A stretch of DNA of 64,000 nucleotides, taken from assembly GCA_051362555.1 (NCBI GenBank), contig CM120641.1, forward strand, positions 12,338,001 to 12,402,000, given 5' to 3'. Below the pieces are notes generated by a model, which was not told the origin of the DNA, searched no databases, and saw only the letters and a program-made list of their open reading frames with translations. Origin of the DNA: Lingula anatina (lineage: Eukaryota; Animalia; Brachiopoda). How positions within the stretch are numbered: position 1 is the first letter of the stretch; each line of letters begins with the position of its first letter. Position numbers and translations under genes: made by a program. Below are positions 16,975-45,800 of this stretch, one piece after another.

Positions 16975-18209
16975 AGTGTTGGGGAGATCTGGAATGAGAA
17001 AATCTAGTTGTATGTATATAGGAGACAACTGGCTTGTTTTTGTCCCAGATGACGAAATGTTAGAGGAACTTAAACATAAACTATCTGCTGCCTGGCCAAC
17101 TGAAAGATCTGAACAATGCAAATGTGGCATTTGTCATGTAAGACAACACACTGGTAAAAAAAAAATGTGTGCACAGAAAAAAATCAATCAGGTATTTATC
17201 AAGTTTGTATTGTGTAGAACAAGTTAGTTTCTAGGAAACCTGGTTGATTAAATGTTTCTGGATTCAAAACTATCTATGAGAAAGAAGGAAATCTTTATAT
17301 CATGAACATATAGCATGTTCATTATTCCTACTGTTTTTACTCTCAATACCTATTGATTTGAATCAGGTTCTCTTTGCTCCACCCCTTTCCCTCCCAGTAA
17401 TTTACTGCAATTTTGTTGAAATAATGGATAATACCAATATGTTTTACAGTCATCAAAACACAATGTGATGCTTTATCAATTATTGGTACTAAGAACATAC
17501 ATTTTCATGCATAAGTTAGGTAATCATTGCACTCTAAAAGTTTTACTTTACGAAACACAAGTTGGAATTGGTTCAATATACTCTTGGTCCATAATTTCTT
17601 CTCTTAACATATGGTCAAATTATGGTTTCTGATAAACAATTTGCAAACATATTCACTAAGAAATTGATAAACAACGTCTGGTATTTAAATGGCTTCAGTA
17701 GTCAATAATTACCGCTAGTGCAATGGCATTTAAAAATGGAGTCTTTATAGCGGTTTCCATCGTGTTAAACGTAAATACTGTTATTAAACTAAGCACACTC
17801 TACATTTGAAATATTTCGTGGCATTTAAACTTAAAAAAAGACTCGAATGCGCAACTTACAGCTGCATATGTGCAGCTGTAAACCAAGACAGTGCAGCACA
17901 ATGAGACGAATGACGTGGGTTGGGTTTAACGAAATCTTCGATCGTTTTTTGTGAAAATATTCAAATGAACAGGCGTCTGGGTTCTACAGTTTAAGTTATA
18001 TTGAACATTTCCACCTACTCACCTTTTCTGTATAATTATTCAAGAAGAATGGTATCAGAGACTAAAGTAGTGTGATAAAATTTACGGAATCTGGAACGCC
18101 TCAGCTGATGCTCTTTGTCTGATGGAAATGATGACCTTGACCTTGTCCTGACCTGAGCCGCACTCTCCAATCATTATCTTCCGGCAAATTTTAGTTTCTG
18201 GTTGTATTA

Positions 18210-18380
18210 AGATGCCAATCAATTAATAATTGGCTACGCGATTTGATTAGTAATACTTAAAATTGTTTATGATTACTATTAAAAGTGTACCATTTCTTTA
18301 ACGCAAGGCAAAAAAACCGACAGGGGGCGCTGTACTTTGGCGCTTCGAAAGCCTAAAAATACACGTGAAGATCGGTAAGC
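18210..18380. promoter_or_regulatory. Putative bidirectional promoter (UBE2E / EZH) with CCAAT boxes, a CTCF-like motif and an E2F + CHR-like element
   Basis: CCAAT and ATTGG at about 18214-18233, CCGACAGGGGGCGC at about 18317-18330, TTTGGCGC-TTCGAA at 18336-18349. A plus-strand donor GTAAGC lies at 18375. Candidate minus-strand donors lie near 18020 and 17858. Confidence 0.55.
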
Positions 18381-18572
18381 TTTGTTTAAAAAATTCAAAA
18401 TATCTGTATTTTGTGTTTGAGAGTATAGGCACCAGATCTGTTTGCAATATGAATGTTGCACATACATTCGTTAGAATACAAATTACACTACAAGGATTCT
18501 AGAAACTGTCTATTTTTGGTAAAAGCAGGGGCTATTTCTGAGTGGAACTGTCATGTATGTGTGTCATACCTG

Positions 18573-18621
18573 TGACGTAAAGGGAAGGGGGAATTTCCGC
18601 AGGCAAGTCGGGGCACATTCC
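18573..18621 (+). promoter_or_regulatory. CRE/ATF site plus NF-kB sites upstream of the TNFR-like gene
   Basis: TGACGTAA at 18573-18580, a perfect kB site GGGAATTTCC at 18589-18598, and a kB-like GGGGCACATTCC at 18610-18621. Confidence 0.65.
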
Positions 18622-18733
18622 TCACAATGAGAGCGTGGTGAGAAGTCGAAGCATCTTTTTTCTCCTAGTCAGGCACGAGGTTCGGCCATTTTCGAAATTT
18701 TAAAACTTTGACAACCCCGAAAATCAACACGGA

Positions 18734-19558
18734 ATGGGTGTAAGAAAATTAAGAGAGGGGTGGATCACATTCCATAACATAAGAAGGGAGTTCATCGTCT
18801 TTTTGTGTTGGACACTATTGACCACAGCGGCAACTGCTTCAAAAGGGAAATCCGACCCATGTCCACTAAAGCAGTATTTTGATGTCGATCAAGACAGGTG
18901 TGTGCAGTGTACAGAATGTGACAGCAGTAAAAGGGAGATAGTCCTGCTCCCTTGTGGAATTAACGTTGACACTAAGTGTGGACCTTTTTGGAAAGTAGTG
19001 GACATTGATATTCGGCCAGTTGGTGAAAGTAGTGATCAGAAAATGCAAGCTGTTACAGAAGTGTCTCCTCCAAGTAATGACCCCCAGTGTATGTCAGAAG
19101 ACACAAGCTACTGGAAGACATTGGCACTTGCCCTTATAGGTGTCATAGTTTTGATTATACTGGCAGGGATTCTTCTGGGGATTTACATCTGTGTCACAAG
19201 AAGAAGCAAAAAGCACAGCAGTGATAATCTGTACAACAGGGCAAGGCTGTTTTCTAGAGACAGACTCAATACCACAGAGTATCAGCATTCACTGGCTCAG
19301 ATGGAAGGCGGTCTCTCAGGAAATGGACAAGACAAGAAAACATTGTTGCGTGTGTACAGACCACATATTTTTCAAGGGTCAGATATTTCTGATGAGGTCT
19401 TTGAGTCAGAAGAGAAGAAGCCCAACAAAGGCCGATTCAGACTTGGGCCTTTACCTCATTACTTCATGAGTCTTGGAGTAGTGTCTGAGTCTGAAGAGCC
19501 TGAAACACTAGATGATGGAGACCAGCATGAGGAAAATGGTTCCCAAAATCTATCATGA
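18734..19558 (+). CDS. Intronless TNF-receptor-superfamily-like type I membrane protein (single cysteine-rich domain, no death domain)
   Basis: Signal-like hydrophobic stretch, CRD CPLKQYFDVDQDRCVQCTEC...LLPCGINVDTKC, transmembrane helix ALALIGVIVLIILAGILLGIYICV followed by RRSKK, and an acidic cytoplasmic tail. Confidence 0.85.
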   Translation: MGVRKLREGWITFHNIRREFIVFLCWTLLTTAATASKGKSDPCPLKQYFDVDQDRCVQCTECDSSKREIVLLPCGINVDTKCGPFWKVVDIDIRPVGESSDQKMQAVTEVSPPSNDPQCMSEDTSYWKTLALALIGVIVLIILAGILLGIYICVTRRSKKHSSDNLYNRARLFSRDRLNTTEYQHSLAQMEGGLSGNGQDKKTLLRVYRPHIFQGSDISDEVFESEEKKPNKGRFRLGPLPHYFMSLGVVSESEEPETLDDGDQHEENGSQNLS

Positions 19559-19627
19559 TTAATAACTTGATATTCATTCAAATGACATTGTTTACATATC
19601 TGTGCCAAAGACATAAGAAGATTGACT

Positions 19628-19771
19628 AAGGGATGAGATTTTTCCAACTATTGGCAAATTTCCAACCTTTTAGGAGCCAAAAATACCATTGGCCTAGGCT
19701 TGGTGGCCCCCTTGACCCCACGTGGTGTTTTCTGACTTTTTCTCTTAATGACCGTCTAAGTCTCATCCCTG
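19628..19771. mobile_element. Short MITE (144 bp) in the TNFR-like 3' region. A related degenerate copy lies at about 23995-24123
   Basis: TIR AGGGATGAGA...TCTCATCCCT with a 6-bp direct repeat TTGACT on both flanks. The internal sequence resembles 23995-24123. Confidence 0.6.
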
Positions 19772-21305
19772 TTGACTTTTGTACTGTATAGTGTAAATAT
19801 CTCTGGTTTAAGTTCCCAGTTGAAATTCATTCGTGTACACAGTTATTTATATTCAGAACTATGTAAAATGTTAAGTTATGTTTATTGTTATGATTGTTTT
19901 TCTCAGCTGCATCACTTTCTTATCTTTAAACAGACTGTTAAAACAGTTATCATGTGCTCAAAATTTATTATTATTTAAGATTCTGCTACGTCTTATAATG
20001 ACTATAAGATAAAAATATATTCTATGACCATTGCACAAAGACTACAATAAGCAATTTAGAATGTTTACACAGATTAATATCCAAATAATATTGTGATCAA
20101 GGTAAACAATTAGTGATAGATACTCTTTCTTTCATTGCTGCAATTTGGTAAAGGATGAGACATACATATTCAGTATGAAGAGTATCTGTGAAGTTTGTTA
20201 AACAGGGTGAAAAGTAGGTATACAGGCTTCCTTTCCACTGCCATTTAAGTCTTCCGTATACCATGCAATTTTTCATACTTTTTTATCTTCTGTAATAATA
20301 ACCAGCAATCTGTTTCTTACATTTATAACATGAAACTTACGAGGCAAAATTGCCTTAAATGTGAGGTGTTGTTTTAGTGTACATTCGAAATCTGAAAAGA
20401 TTTTTCTTGATGTTTACCTGTACATATATCAAAGGCATGATCAATGCAAAGATAAGTGGAGGAGGAGGCATTTGTTAACCCACTGTTGCAATGGGGCGTG
20501 TTTGGGCAAAGTCCCAGTAATCAGAGAGAGTATTTGTATGTTCTGTTTGTACAGGGTCAGGTTATCAGCTTGTTCAGACCTGTCCATTGAAATGGAATAT
20601 TATATAGGAGCCTATGAGATTGTAAAATACTACTTTGTTATCGTAATAAATACTGAACTTTGAATCTGATTGAATTATAATTTCGCAACTTTTTATTTAG
20701 TCCTCTAGTACTTTTTTTTACCCATAACTTCTGAGGTGAATATTTCACTTTTCTGTAGTGCTTTCAGTAAAATATCCTTTTTCAACACTGACAAAAAAAA
20801 AAAAAAAAAAAAAAAAAATTACATAGTGATTTGAAAATTCTTAACATATCAGATGTTTCTGTTCATTATGAAACTTATCAGTTATTTAAAGGGCGATTTT
20901 ACCTTTAATGAGAAGGTAAGCCTTTCTTTATTCTCCATGATAAAATGGTTTACTGAGTGTGACCTAAAAACGCCCAGTCAGTGGAGAAAAGTTTTGTATA
21001 TCAGCGTTGTGTCAGCATGGAGAAAGGATATAAATAGAAGCATTTTTGGCTCATCACAGCAGAACTCTGATAAGACCTACACGGTCAAATTCTTCTCTTA
21101 ATTAAAAAATTTAAATGATTCAATTTATATCTTAAGTAGCCCAATCTAATGTGAAAGAGACATATCTTCTGTTTCATGGCTCTTACTGTCAAGAAGGAGA
21201 ATAATAATGCTGGTTGAGTACTTTTCATGACTTTTGAGTGTGAACACCAATCAAACTTCCCTATTTCCTGAACCTTAAATGTGCTGAAACTTCCAGGGTG
21301 TCAGT

Positions 21306-37312
<16,007 letters not shown>

Positions 37313-40300
37313 GGCACTGCCAGGTAACTTGGAAACATTTTGCCAGAAGTTGAGCTGTAAGACTATAATTTACCTGACCATCCTTAGGATTTGAAAGTTT
37401 CAATATATGGACTAGGAGACTTGCACAGGGCATTTTATGCACTTGTTTTTGGCCAAGTGTTTCAGTTTGCTGATATTATGATGAAGTTAGTTGTCATTTC
37501 ACTTGTGGATTGATCTTCCTGAATTATACATTCCAGCAAAATAACAATCCTGGTGTATAGAAAGAAGAAAATGTGTTGAAATATACTTAAATGGCTCTGC
37601 TGTTGGTTTTAATTTTATTTAATACATATAAATACCATGCAACATCTGAGATCAAAATGGTGAGAAAAAGAAATATTAAAATAAAACATGGACTTGATTT
37701 GTACATATGCTCAGTTATAATTTACATTTTGTTTATTTTAAAGATAAATTAAGCATGAATTTTGTAAGGAATTTGATATACTTGTGTAGAGATTCGTATT
37801 CTTATAACTGTCCATTTTTTTTTTCAATTGAATTTTTTTACATTATAAATGATATGTAATGTGCCATGTTCTGAATCTTGCCTGATAATAAAGTGGTCAT
37901 ATCCTTTTTAAATGATATATTAGATCTGCCCTTACTGGCATTAATCTCGGGATTTACAAGTGATTTTTTTTTACTATGTTTTGATACATGAAATTGTCTT
38001 CTCTGGCAAAATTGGGATCTGTACATAAATGTCTACAAGTCCATATATTTTGGATTAAAGATAATTTAAAAATGTTCTTTATTAGTTACAAAGCATGTGC
38101 ATATAGCTGAGGTTTAATAATATATGATTTCTTTGTGGCAAGTTTACCTTATTCATTTGGGATTTTCAATTAACTCAATAAACTTCAATAAATATGTTTG
38201 ATGTTGCTTCCTTTTGATATGAAATTGTTTCTCAAAAGAATGCTTTATCTTTAAGAAATTTGTAAGTTTGTCAAATTTTGGTTTTCACCGTCTTTTATGT
38301 ACAGACACTGCATTCTTGTAATAATTCTGTCTGTCTGGGAACTAATAAAATGTATATCTATGTAATGTGGATGATCATAGTGGGAATTTCACAGTGATTG
38401 TCCAAAAATATCTATCCAAATACGGCACTTGTGGCAGCTACTCTATATCTCCTTACTGAGAGACAGTCTTACCATTGCATTAACATGACACTAGACAGTA
38501 AACACACTTTAAACCTAAACCAATAGGGCACTGAAATCCTGTTTGATATGGGCAATAACATCGAAAAAATCACAACACTCTCACTTCAGTGATATCTTTG
38601 CACTTCTTTTTGAAAATTTTCTTGAGCAATGTGTTTTTATGATGCTGAGTACATAATTTAGGACCCATAACCCAAGATATCTTATACAATAAAAACTAAT
38701 CGGTAAAAATAGTTATGGGTCAAACAGAACAGGTCCTAAATAACCATTCGTGAAGATCATCCGGGAAGAAGTTTATGGTAAAGTGAGCAGTGTTCTACTT
38801 TATAATGTATAACATTTGTTCAAAATTTTTTGTTCTTTGGGCATAAAAAGACAGTTGAGTTCAATAAAAGTAATATTTGGAATTAGTGTTTTGAGTCAAG
38901 TGCTCTTCCAGGTCGCCATTGAAGTTATTTGAAGGTAAGTAATTGTACCACCAGCGTTAGCGCTGGCGGTACACATGGTTTCGGTCTCGTCCGGATCGTT
39001 CCGCCGGCTCCGCCGGACGGCTACCGTTACCGCTTCTCCTCCTAGACGGTAAGGCCCCCCATACCCATCTCATGGATTTAGGTCACCTATAATCTCAACT
39101 CGTTCCACGTAAAATTTGGGCTTTGTCGGTATTGGGGTCTGGGTGTGGCACTCATTGCAATGCACCCTTGTCCAAAAATGGCAAAATTAAATGCTAATTA
39201 TCTACCCTACGGAAGGAGTTACGGGAAAAATTTCTACAGACGGCTTTCCAAAAGTCATATGTGTAGATTTCAAATATACCCTCGGATTTGACCTTTGACC
39301 TTTACTTCAAGGTCAAATGGGCCAAAATTTTCAAAAAAATGAAATTTTTTACGAAAAAAAAATTTTTTGCCCTGTTATTCAGACACCACACAGACTTAAC
39401 CAATAATATTATTGGAAAGTGTTACCCTTCAGGTCATCTTTCATCTCCGTGAATTTGGGGTCAATCGGTGCATTTTCACAGGAGTAGCGGCCATAAGATA
39501 CCGAAACTGAAAACTGTCTCTAATTCGGGAACCGTTAATGCTAGAGACCCATTCTTTTTTGCATTTTGTAGAGCATGTAAAGCCCAACACTGGAGGTGGT
39601 CTCGGTTTTTTTGTATTCCATACGGTTTTCGAGTTACGCTGTATCAAAAAGTACATATTGGTGGTGAAAGGAAAATGTACGGAAGCCCACTGGTGCCATA
39701 TGTAGAAAAAAAAATTATCTCAAAATTTCGAGATACTATTTTGAAATTTGAACAAAAAAATTTACCACCAGCGTTAGCGCTGGCGGTACACATGGTTTCG
39801 GTCCCGTCCGGTCCGTTCCGCCGGCTCCGCCGCCATGTTACCGTTACCGCTTCTCCTCCTAGACGGTAAGGGCCCCCGTACCCATCTCATGGATTTAGGT
39901 CACCTATAATCTCAACTCGTTCCACGTAAAATTTGGGCTTTGTCGGTATTGGGGTCTGGGTGTGGCACTCATTGCAATGCACCCTTGTCTAAAAATGGCA
40001 AAATTAAATGCTAATTATCTACCCTACAGAAGGAGTTACGGGAAAAATTTCTATAGACGGCTTTCCAAAAGTCATATGTGTAGATTTCAAATATACCCTC
40101 GGATTTGACCTTTGACCTTTACTTCAAGGTCAAATGGGTCAAAATTTTCAAAAAAATGAAATTTTTTACGAAAAAAAATTTTTTTGCCCTGTTATTCAGA
40201 CCCCACACAGACTTAACCAATAATATTATTGGAAAGTGTTACCCTTCAGGTCATCTTTCATCTCCGTGAATTTGGGGTCAATCGGTGCATTTTCACAGGA

Positions 40301-40494
40301 GTAGCGGCCATAAGATACCGAAACTGAAAACTGTCTCTAATTCGGGAACCGTTAATGCTAGAGACCCATTCTTTTTTGCATTTTGTAGAGCATGTAAAGC
40401 CCAACACTGGTGGTGGTCTCGGTTTTTTTGTATTCCATACGGTTTTCGAGTTACGCTGTATCAGAAAGTACATATTGGTGGTGAAAGGAAAATG

Positions 40495-40786
40495 TACGGA
40501 AGCCGACTGGTGCCATATGTAGAAAAAAAAATTATCTCGAAATTTCGAGATACTATTTTGAAATTTGAACAAAAAAAATTTTTATCTCGAAATTTCGAGA
40601 TAGCATTTTGAAATTTGAACAAAAAAAAAATTATCTCGAAATTTCGAGATAGCATTTTGATATTTGAGCAAAAAAATTTATCTCGAAATTTCGAGATAGT
40701 ATTTTGAAATTTGAACAAAAAAAATGCTATCTCGAAATTTCGAGATAATTTTTTTTTTCAACATATGGCACCAGTCGGCTTCCGTA
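40495..40786. mobile_element. Nested IS3EU-like palindromic MITE (5 palindrome units)
   Basis: Same TIRs and AAAATG TSD as the copy at 27239-27480. Confidence 0.75.
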
Positions 40787-41032
40787 AAAATGTGCAGTAC
40801 GGTAATGGATAATAAATTTTGAACTCCGGAAAAATAAAACATAATGCTTGGCAAAGCAGACAACTTGTGGTCAAAAATGACATTATTTTATCAAATTTAA
40901 ACTTCTGCAACTTCAGAGAACCTCCCATTTCAAGAACTTTGACCAAAATGACCTTTTCTTTATTTTAATTAATTTTTTCTGTAGGAAATTTATGGCACAT
41001 TATGGTAACTCCAAAATTATAACATTTAGTCC

Positions 41033-41872
41033 CTTATATCTCCAAAACTGGCAGAGATAGGTCCATAGTTACTATTGAAGTTGAATAGGAAGTCATATAC
41101 TGGCAATCTTACTGTGACCTTGACATTGACCTTTGACCTACTTTTCACCATGAACTGAACTTTGCAAATTTTGCTTCCCTTTTATCTCCAAAACTGGCAG
41201 AGATAGGTCCATAGTTACTATTGAAGTTGAATAGGAAGTCATATACTGGCAATTTTACTGTGACCTTGAAATTGACCTTTGACCTACTTTTCACCTTGAA
41301 CTGAACTTTGCAAAATTTGCTTCCCTTTTATCTCCAAAACTGGCAGAGATAGGTCCATAGTTACTATTGAACTTGCATAGGAAGTCATATACTGGCAATT
41401 TTACTGTGACCTTGAAATTGACCTTTGACCTTCTTTTCACCATGAACTGAACTTTGCAAATTTTGCTTCCCTTTTATCTCCAAAACTGGCAGAGATAGGT
41501 CCATAGTTACTATTGAAGTTGAATAGGAAGTCATATACTGGCAATCTAAATGTGACCTTGAAATTGACCTTTGACCTACTTTTCACCATGAACTGAACTT
41601 TGCAAATTTTGCTTCCCTTTTATCTCCAAAACTGGCAGAGATAGGTCCATAGTTACTATTGAAGTTGAATAGGAAGTCATATACTGGCAATCTTACTGTG
41701 ACCTTGAAATTGACCTTTGACCTACTTTTCACCATGAACTGAACTTTGCAAATTTTGCTTCCCTTTTATCTCCAAAACTGGCAGAGATAGGTCCATAGTT
41801 ACTATTGAAGTTGGATAGGAAGTCATATACTGGCAATTTACTGTGACCTTGAAATTGACCTTTGACCTACCT
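41033..41872. repeat. 146-bp satellite array (about 6 units)
   Basis: 146-bp periodicity is directly visible. Confidence 0.95.
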
Positions 41873-42800
41873 TACAATGAACTTAACTTTGATTGCACCA
41901 TTTTTAGTTATATATATTTTTTGCATATTTTGAAAATTCTTGTTGATTGCATTTTTACAGCTTGTCAAGCACAAGACTGGTGGCTGCACCCCTTATTTTG
42001 TGTATGTGGGGGTCTATACGAATGCGCTTGCTCCAGCTGGTGGTACAATATTCGGAGGCGGTATCGCCTCTCTGATCCTCTAGTTGATCATGTGACAATG
42101 TTGTTACTCAGGTGTAAGATCAAGAACAAGCAGAGATATCCGTGGACTCCCCCACCCCTTTCAAATAATCCTGGATCCGCACCTGATATGTATCTTGAAG
42201 TGACAGATCCATGATTTAGAAATGTGGGATGTATGTGTGTCCATAGAAAGAAAGGTGTCCATATATACACCTAGATTTTTGATGGAGGTTTTCGTATGTG
42301 TCTGTATTTTTAACACCGTGTCTGCACCATCTGATGCACCTGTTGCTCACTCTTTAAACCATATTTTTTGTTTTACTTTAAATTTGCTGAGTGGCCTTGT
42401 TTAAAAAAAAAAGGCAAATACCTTTCAAGATCAGCATGGTCTTTTTTTTTTGTTGATTTTTTTGTTTTTATTGTTATAATCTTCATTTTTCCTTTTTGAT
42501 GTCTAGATATATGCAAGCTTAGCTGTCTAGGTAAATTTTATCTAGCATTCCAGACATCGGATAATATTTTGTAGAAATTGTGCATTTTTCAACATGTAGA
42601 TTATTAACTTTTTTTACAAAACATTCCCATAAAAGTGTATGCCATAACTTAAGCAACTACTATTTACATGTCTGTTCAATAAAATTATTGTTTTATTGTT
42701 AACATTGGCTCTTAATGCAAAAAAGTCTGCAGGAGCCTTGGGAAAGTTAGTTTTACTCTTTGAACCCTTTTGATGAAGAGTTGTTACAGTAACTGTAGTG

Positions 42801-45800
42801 CTACTGAGTCACAGGCTGTGATGCTTCCACTAGTTCTGCATGATGAGATGTAAGCACCTGTGCTGCATGTTCCTGTCTCCATTGTTCAAATATTTCACTT
42901 CCATATTCCACGTGCAGATCATCAAGCTTTTTATGAGATTTGGCAATTTCTTGGTTCATCCTGTAAAATAATAAAGGATGATTCATTGAAGATGCACAGT
43001 GAGCGAGTACTTATGTCAAATTATTACAGCTGACCCAGACTAAATGCCACCAAATAGTTTCAAATAGGCTAACTTAAAAATCTGAAGAGTTTCGTTTATG
43101 CTACAACTTTACAACGTTACAACATTATTTTCTGAAAATGTTATCTGCACAGATTCTTTTTTCTTCCATTCTGTGCTTTATTGACCCGAGGGAAAACAAG
43201 CACTTGGTCAAATTTACAAACAGAAATTTGAAGAAGTTGTAGTCATAAAGCTTTTTGCTGTCAAAAGATTAATTTCAGCCCTTTTCTTTTGCTTGTGGCT
43301 TTTAATTATTTGTCATGTAAGAAACTGGAACAAAAAGAAATAAATTATATGGCAGGGCTTTTACTCACCTTTGTAGCATCTTTAATTATTTTTCCAATAA
43401 AAAGATTCAAAACAATTTGATTCAACGACATCAAATTTCCAGACTTCAACAGTATGTTGAGTTATCTTTTTCTGTTGCCCCCATCCCCCCCTCTCTCTCT
43501 CTCTCATACCTCATACAAACTACACATCCCTCTTTCTTTTTTAATTTTTCATCAATATTCTCTACCTGCTACTTTCACTGATTGCTCTTTTGTAAAATGC
43601 AGCAGCTCTCTCTTCATCTATGGCATCTGTTGCAGCAATTCGACCACTAGCCTAGAATGTGTAAGTGCCATCGTGGAAATTAATGTTGTCAGGCATGTGT
43701 GCAAATCAATTTTTGCTTTTGATGGGTATGATAGGATAGGCCTAACGAACTATAAAATGGCAACTGTATATGCGATTTGATTTTTTCATTAAAGTTATAA
43801 TAATAATGCACCTTAAAATTATAGGTTGGAGTTGCCTGTTACAAACACCAAATATACCAGTAAAACAATATGTGATGCACGTACATATATGCACTAATCC
43901 TTACTTTTCACATGACGTCATCATTTTATGCGAACATTGGGTGTCCGCCATTTTCCTACACCAGGCGGGAGATACTATCGTGCTGAGTTTTTTCACTTTT
44001 TATCACGTACACACAGCACAGTCATGCCGATATGTGGAGTGGTTGGATGTTCAAATAAACCGTCCTCACAGAAAGGTATCAGTTTTCATAAAGTACCAAC
44101 AATCATTAGAGGTCAAGGCGAGGAGACGCAAAAGTTATCTGAAGAAAGACGGCGGTTATGGAAAGCAGCAATAAACAGGAAAGATATTACCTCGGAGGAA
44201 AAGTGGGATCGAACCCTTGTTTGTTCGAAACACTTTGTAGGCGGTATGTATATATGTTACTTGTTGGTATCATATAAATGTCAGAGAATAAGGTTTTTGT
44301 GAAGGACGGATCTTTGAGTCACAAATGGCAACTACACGTACCTGTTACTCGGTGGAGTCTTTGTCTTATATGCTCCCTGTATCCTGTGTATCTCAGACAA
44401 TTTCGGACACAAAATTCTTTTTTGATGTACAATTTCAGCACATTTACATGTTTTTACAAATGCAATATAATTCTCATTCTCATGTTGGATTGTTTTTATC
44501 ATTGCCATGTCTAAATTTTCTAGGTATCAAGGCCTACCTACATGACAGGACCAGTCCGTCCTGGCTTCCAACATTATGCCTAGGGCATTCAGCCTGCATT
44601 CCAGAATCAGCAGCCACCAGTAGATACAGGCGTGCCAGTCAGCGTGGGGAAAAGAGGAAACGTGCAGATGCAATAACTTCACTTTTGAACCTCAAAACGC
44701 CAAGGCTTGAATCAGACCTTCAAGTGAATGAACAAACTCAACTTCAAGACAGGAGTACAAGTGATGGCAATAGTTGTGAACAATCATCTCTTGACAGTGA
44801 TTTAGACATAGAGCTAGAGATTCAAGACACAAACTATGAAGTACAGGAATCCAAAGATAGTACTACTGGTACAAGTAAAGAGGTACAAACTGAATTAACA
44901 GTTAATGATATTGAAAATATTGAAAATGACAATAAAGCTAGACTTGCAGATTCCAACTGCAAAGTGCCATTCACACGGCAAGATCTCTACAGTTTTGAAG
45001 GGTATGAAAAAGATCCAGACAAAGTTTCTTTTTATACTGGATTGCCTAATTTAGGGGGTTTGAAACGAGTGTTTAATTTCATAGAAGCACAAATGAGCAA
45101 TGGCTCAAAAAACCTGACCAAAGAAAACCAATTCATGTTATGTCTTATAAAATTAAGAATGGATTATGCTTTTCAAGACATGTCAGTTCAGTTAAATGTG
45201 TCAGTTGCCACTATTCATAGAATATTTCATGCCACACTGAACATTCTTTACAAAAGACTGAGTTTCTTGGTCCACTGGCCAGAAAGGGAGCATGTCAGAG
45301 TATCAATGCCGATGACATTCAGAAAAGAATTTGGTGATAAGGTTGTTGTTATTCTTGATTGTTTCGAACTCAACATAGAAAAACCAAGTGGTTCTCTTAA
45401 CAAGGTGTATACATACTCTAATTACAAGCATCGTCATACAGTTAAATATCTGATAGGGATAGCCCCACAAGGTACAATAACTTTTATTTCTGAAGGTTGG
45501 GGCGGTAGGACCTCAGATAAACACATCACAGAAGAGTCTGGACTTCTAGACAATCTGTTACCTGGTGATATTGTCATGGTAGATCGTGGTTTTTCCATTG
45601 AAGAATCTGTCAATTTTTACCAAGCGAAATTGGCAATACCTAGTTTTACACGAGGGAAGTCTCAATTACATCCAATGGAAGTAGAACAGACGAGAAAAAT
45701 TGCAAATGTACGTATTCATGTAGAGCGGGTTATTGGACTACTTTGTAGGAAATTTAGGATTTTTGACAGTGTTGTACCCTTGGAGTTTCTGAAGTTGAAA

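Larger units (their letters stand above)
38942..42085 (+). mobile_element. Helentron/HINE-type element, copy 3 (near-identical to copy 1, 6 x 146-bp repeats)
   Basis: Same duplicated 5' module with the same junction at about 39763, nested MITE at 40495-40786, CTAGTT end. Confidence 0.8.

Noticed and set aside
44325-44523. N-terminal 66 aa of the 521-aa ORF as part of the transposase
   Set aside because: This segment lies in the intron (44244-44523). Splicing restores a proper THAP domain.
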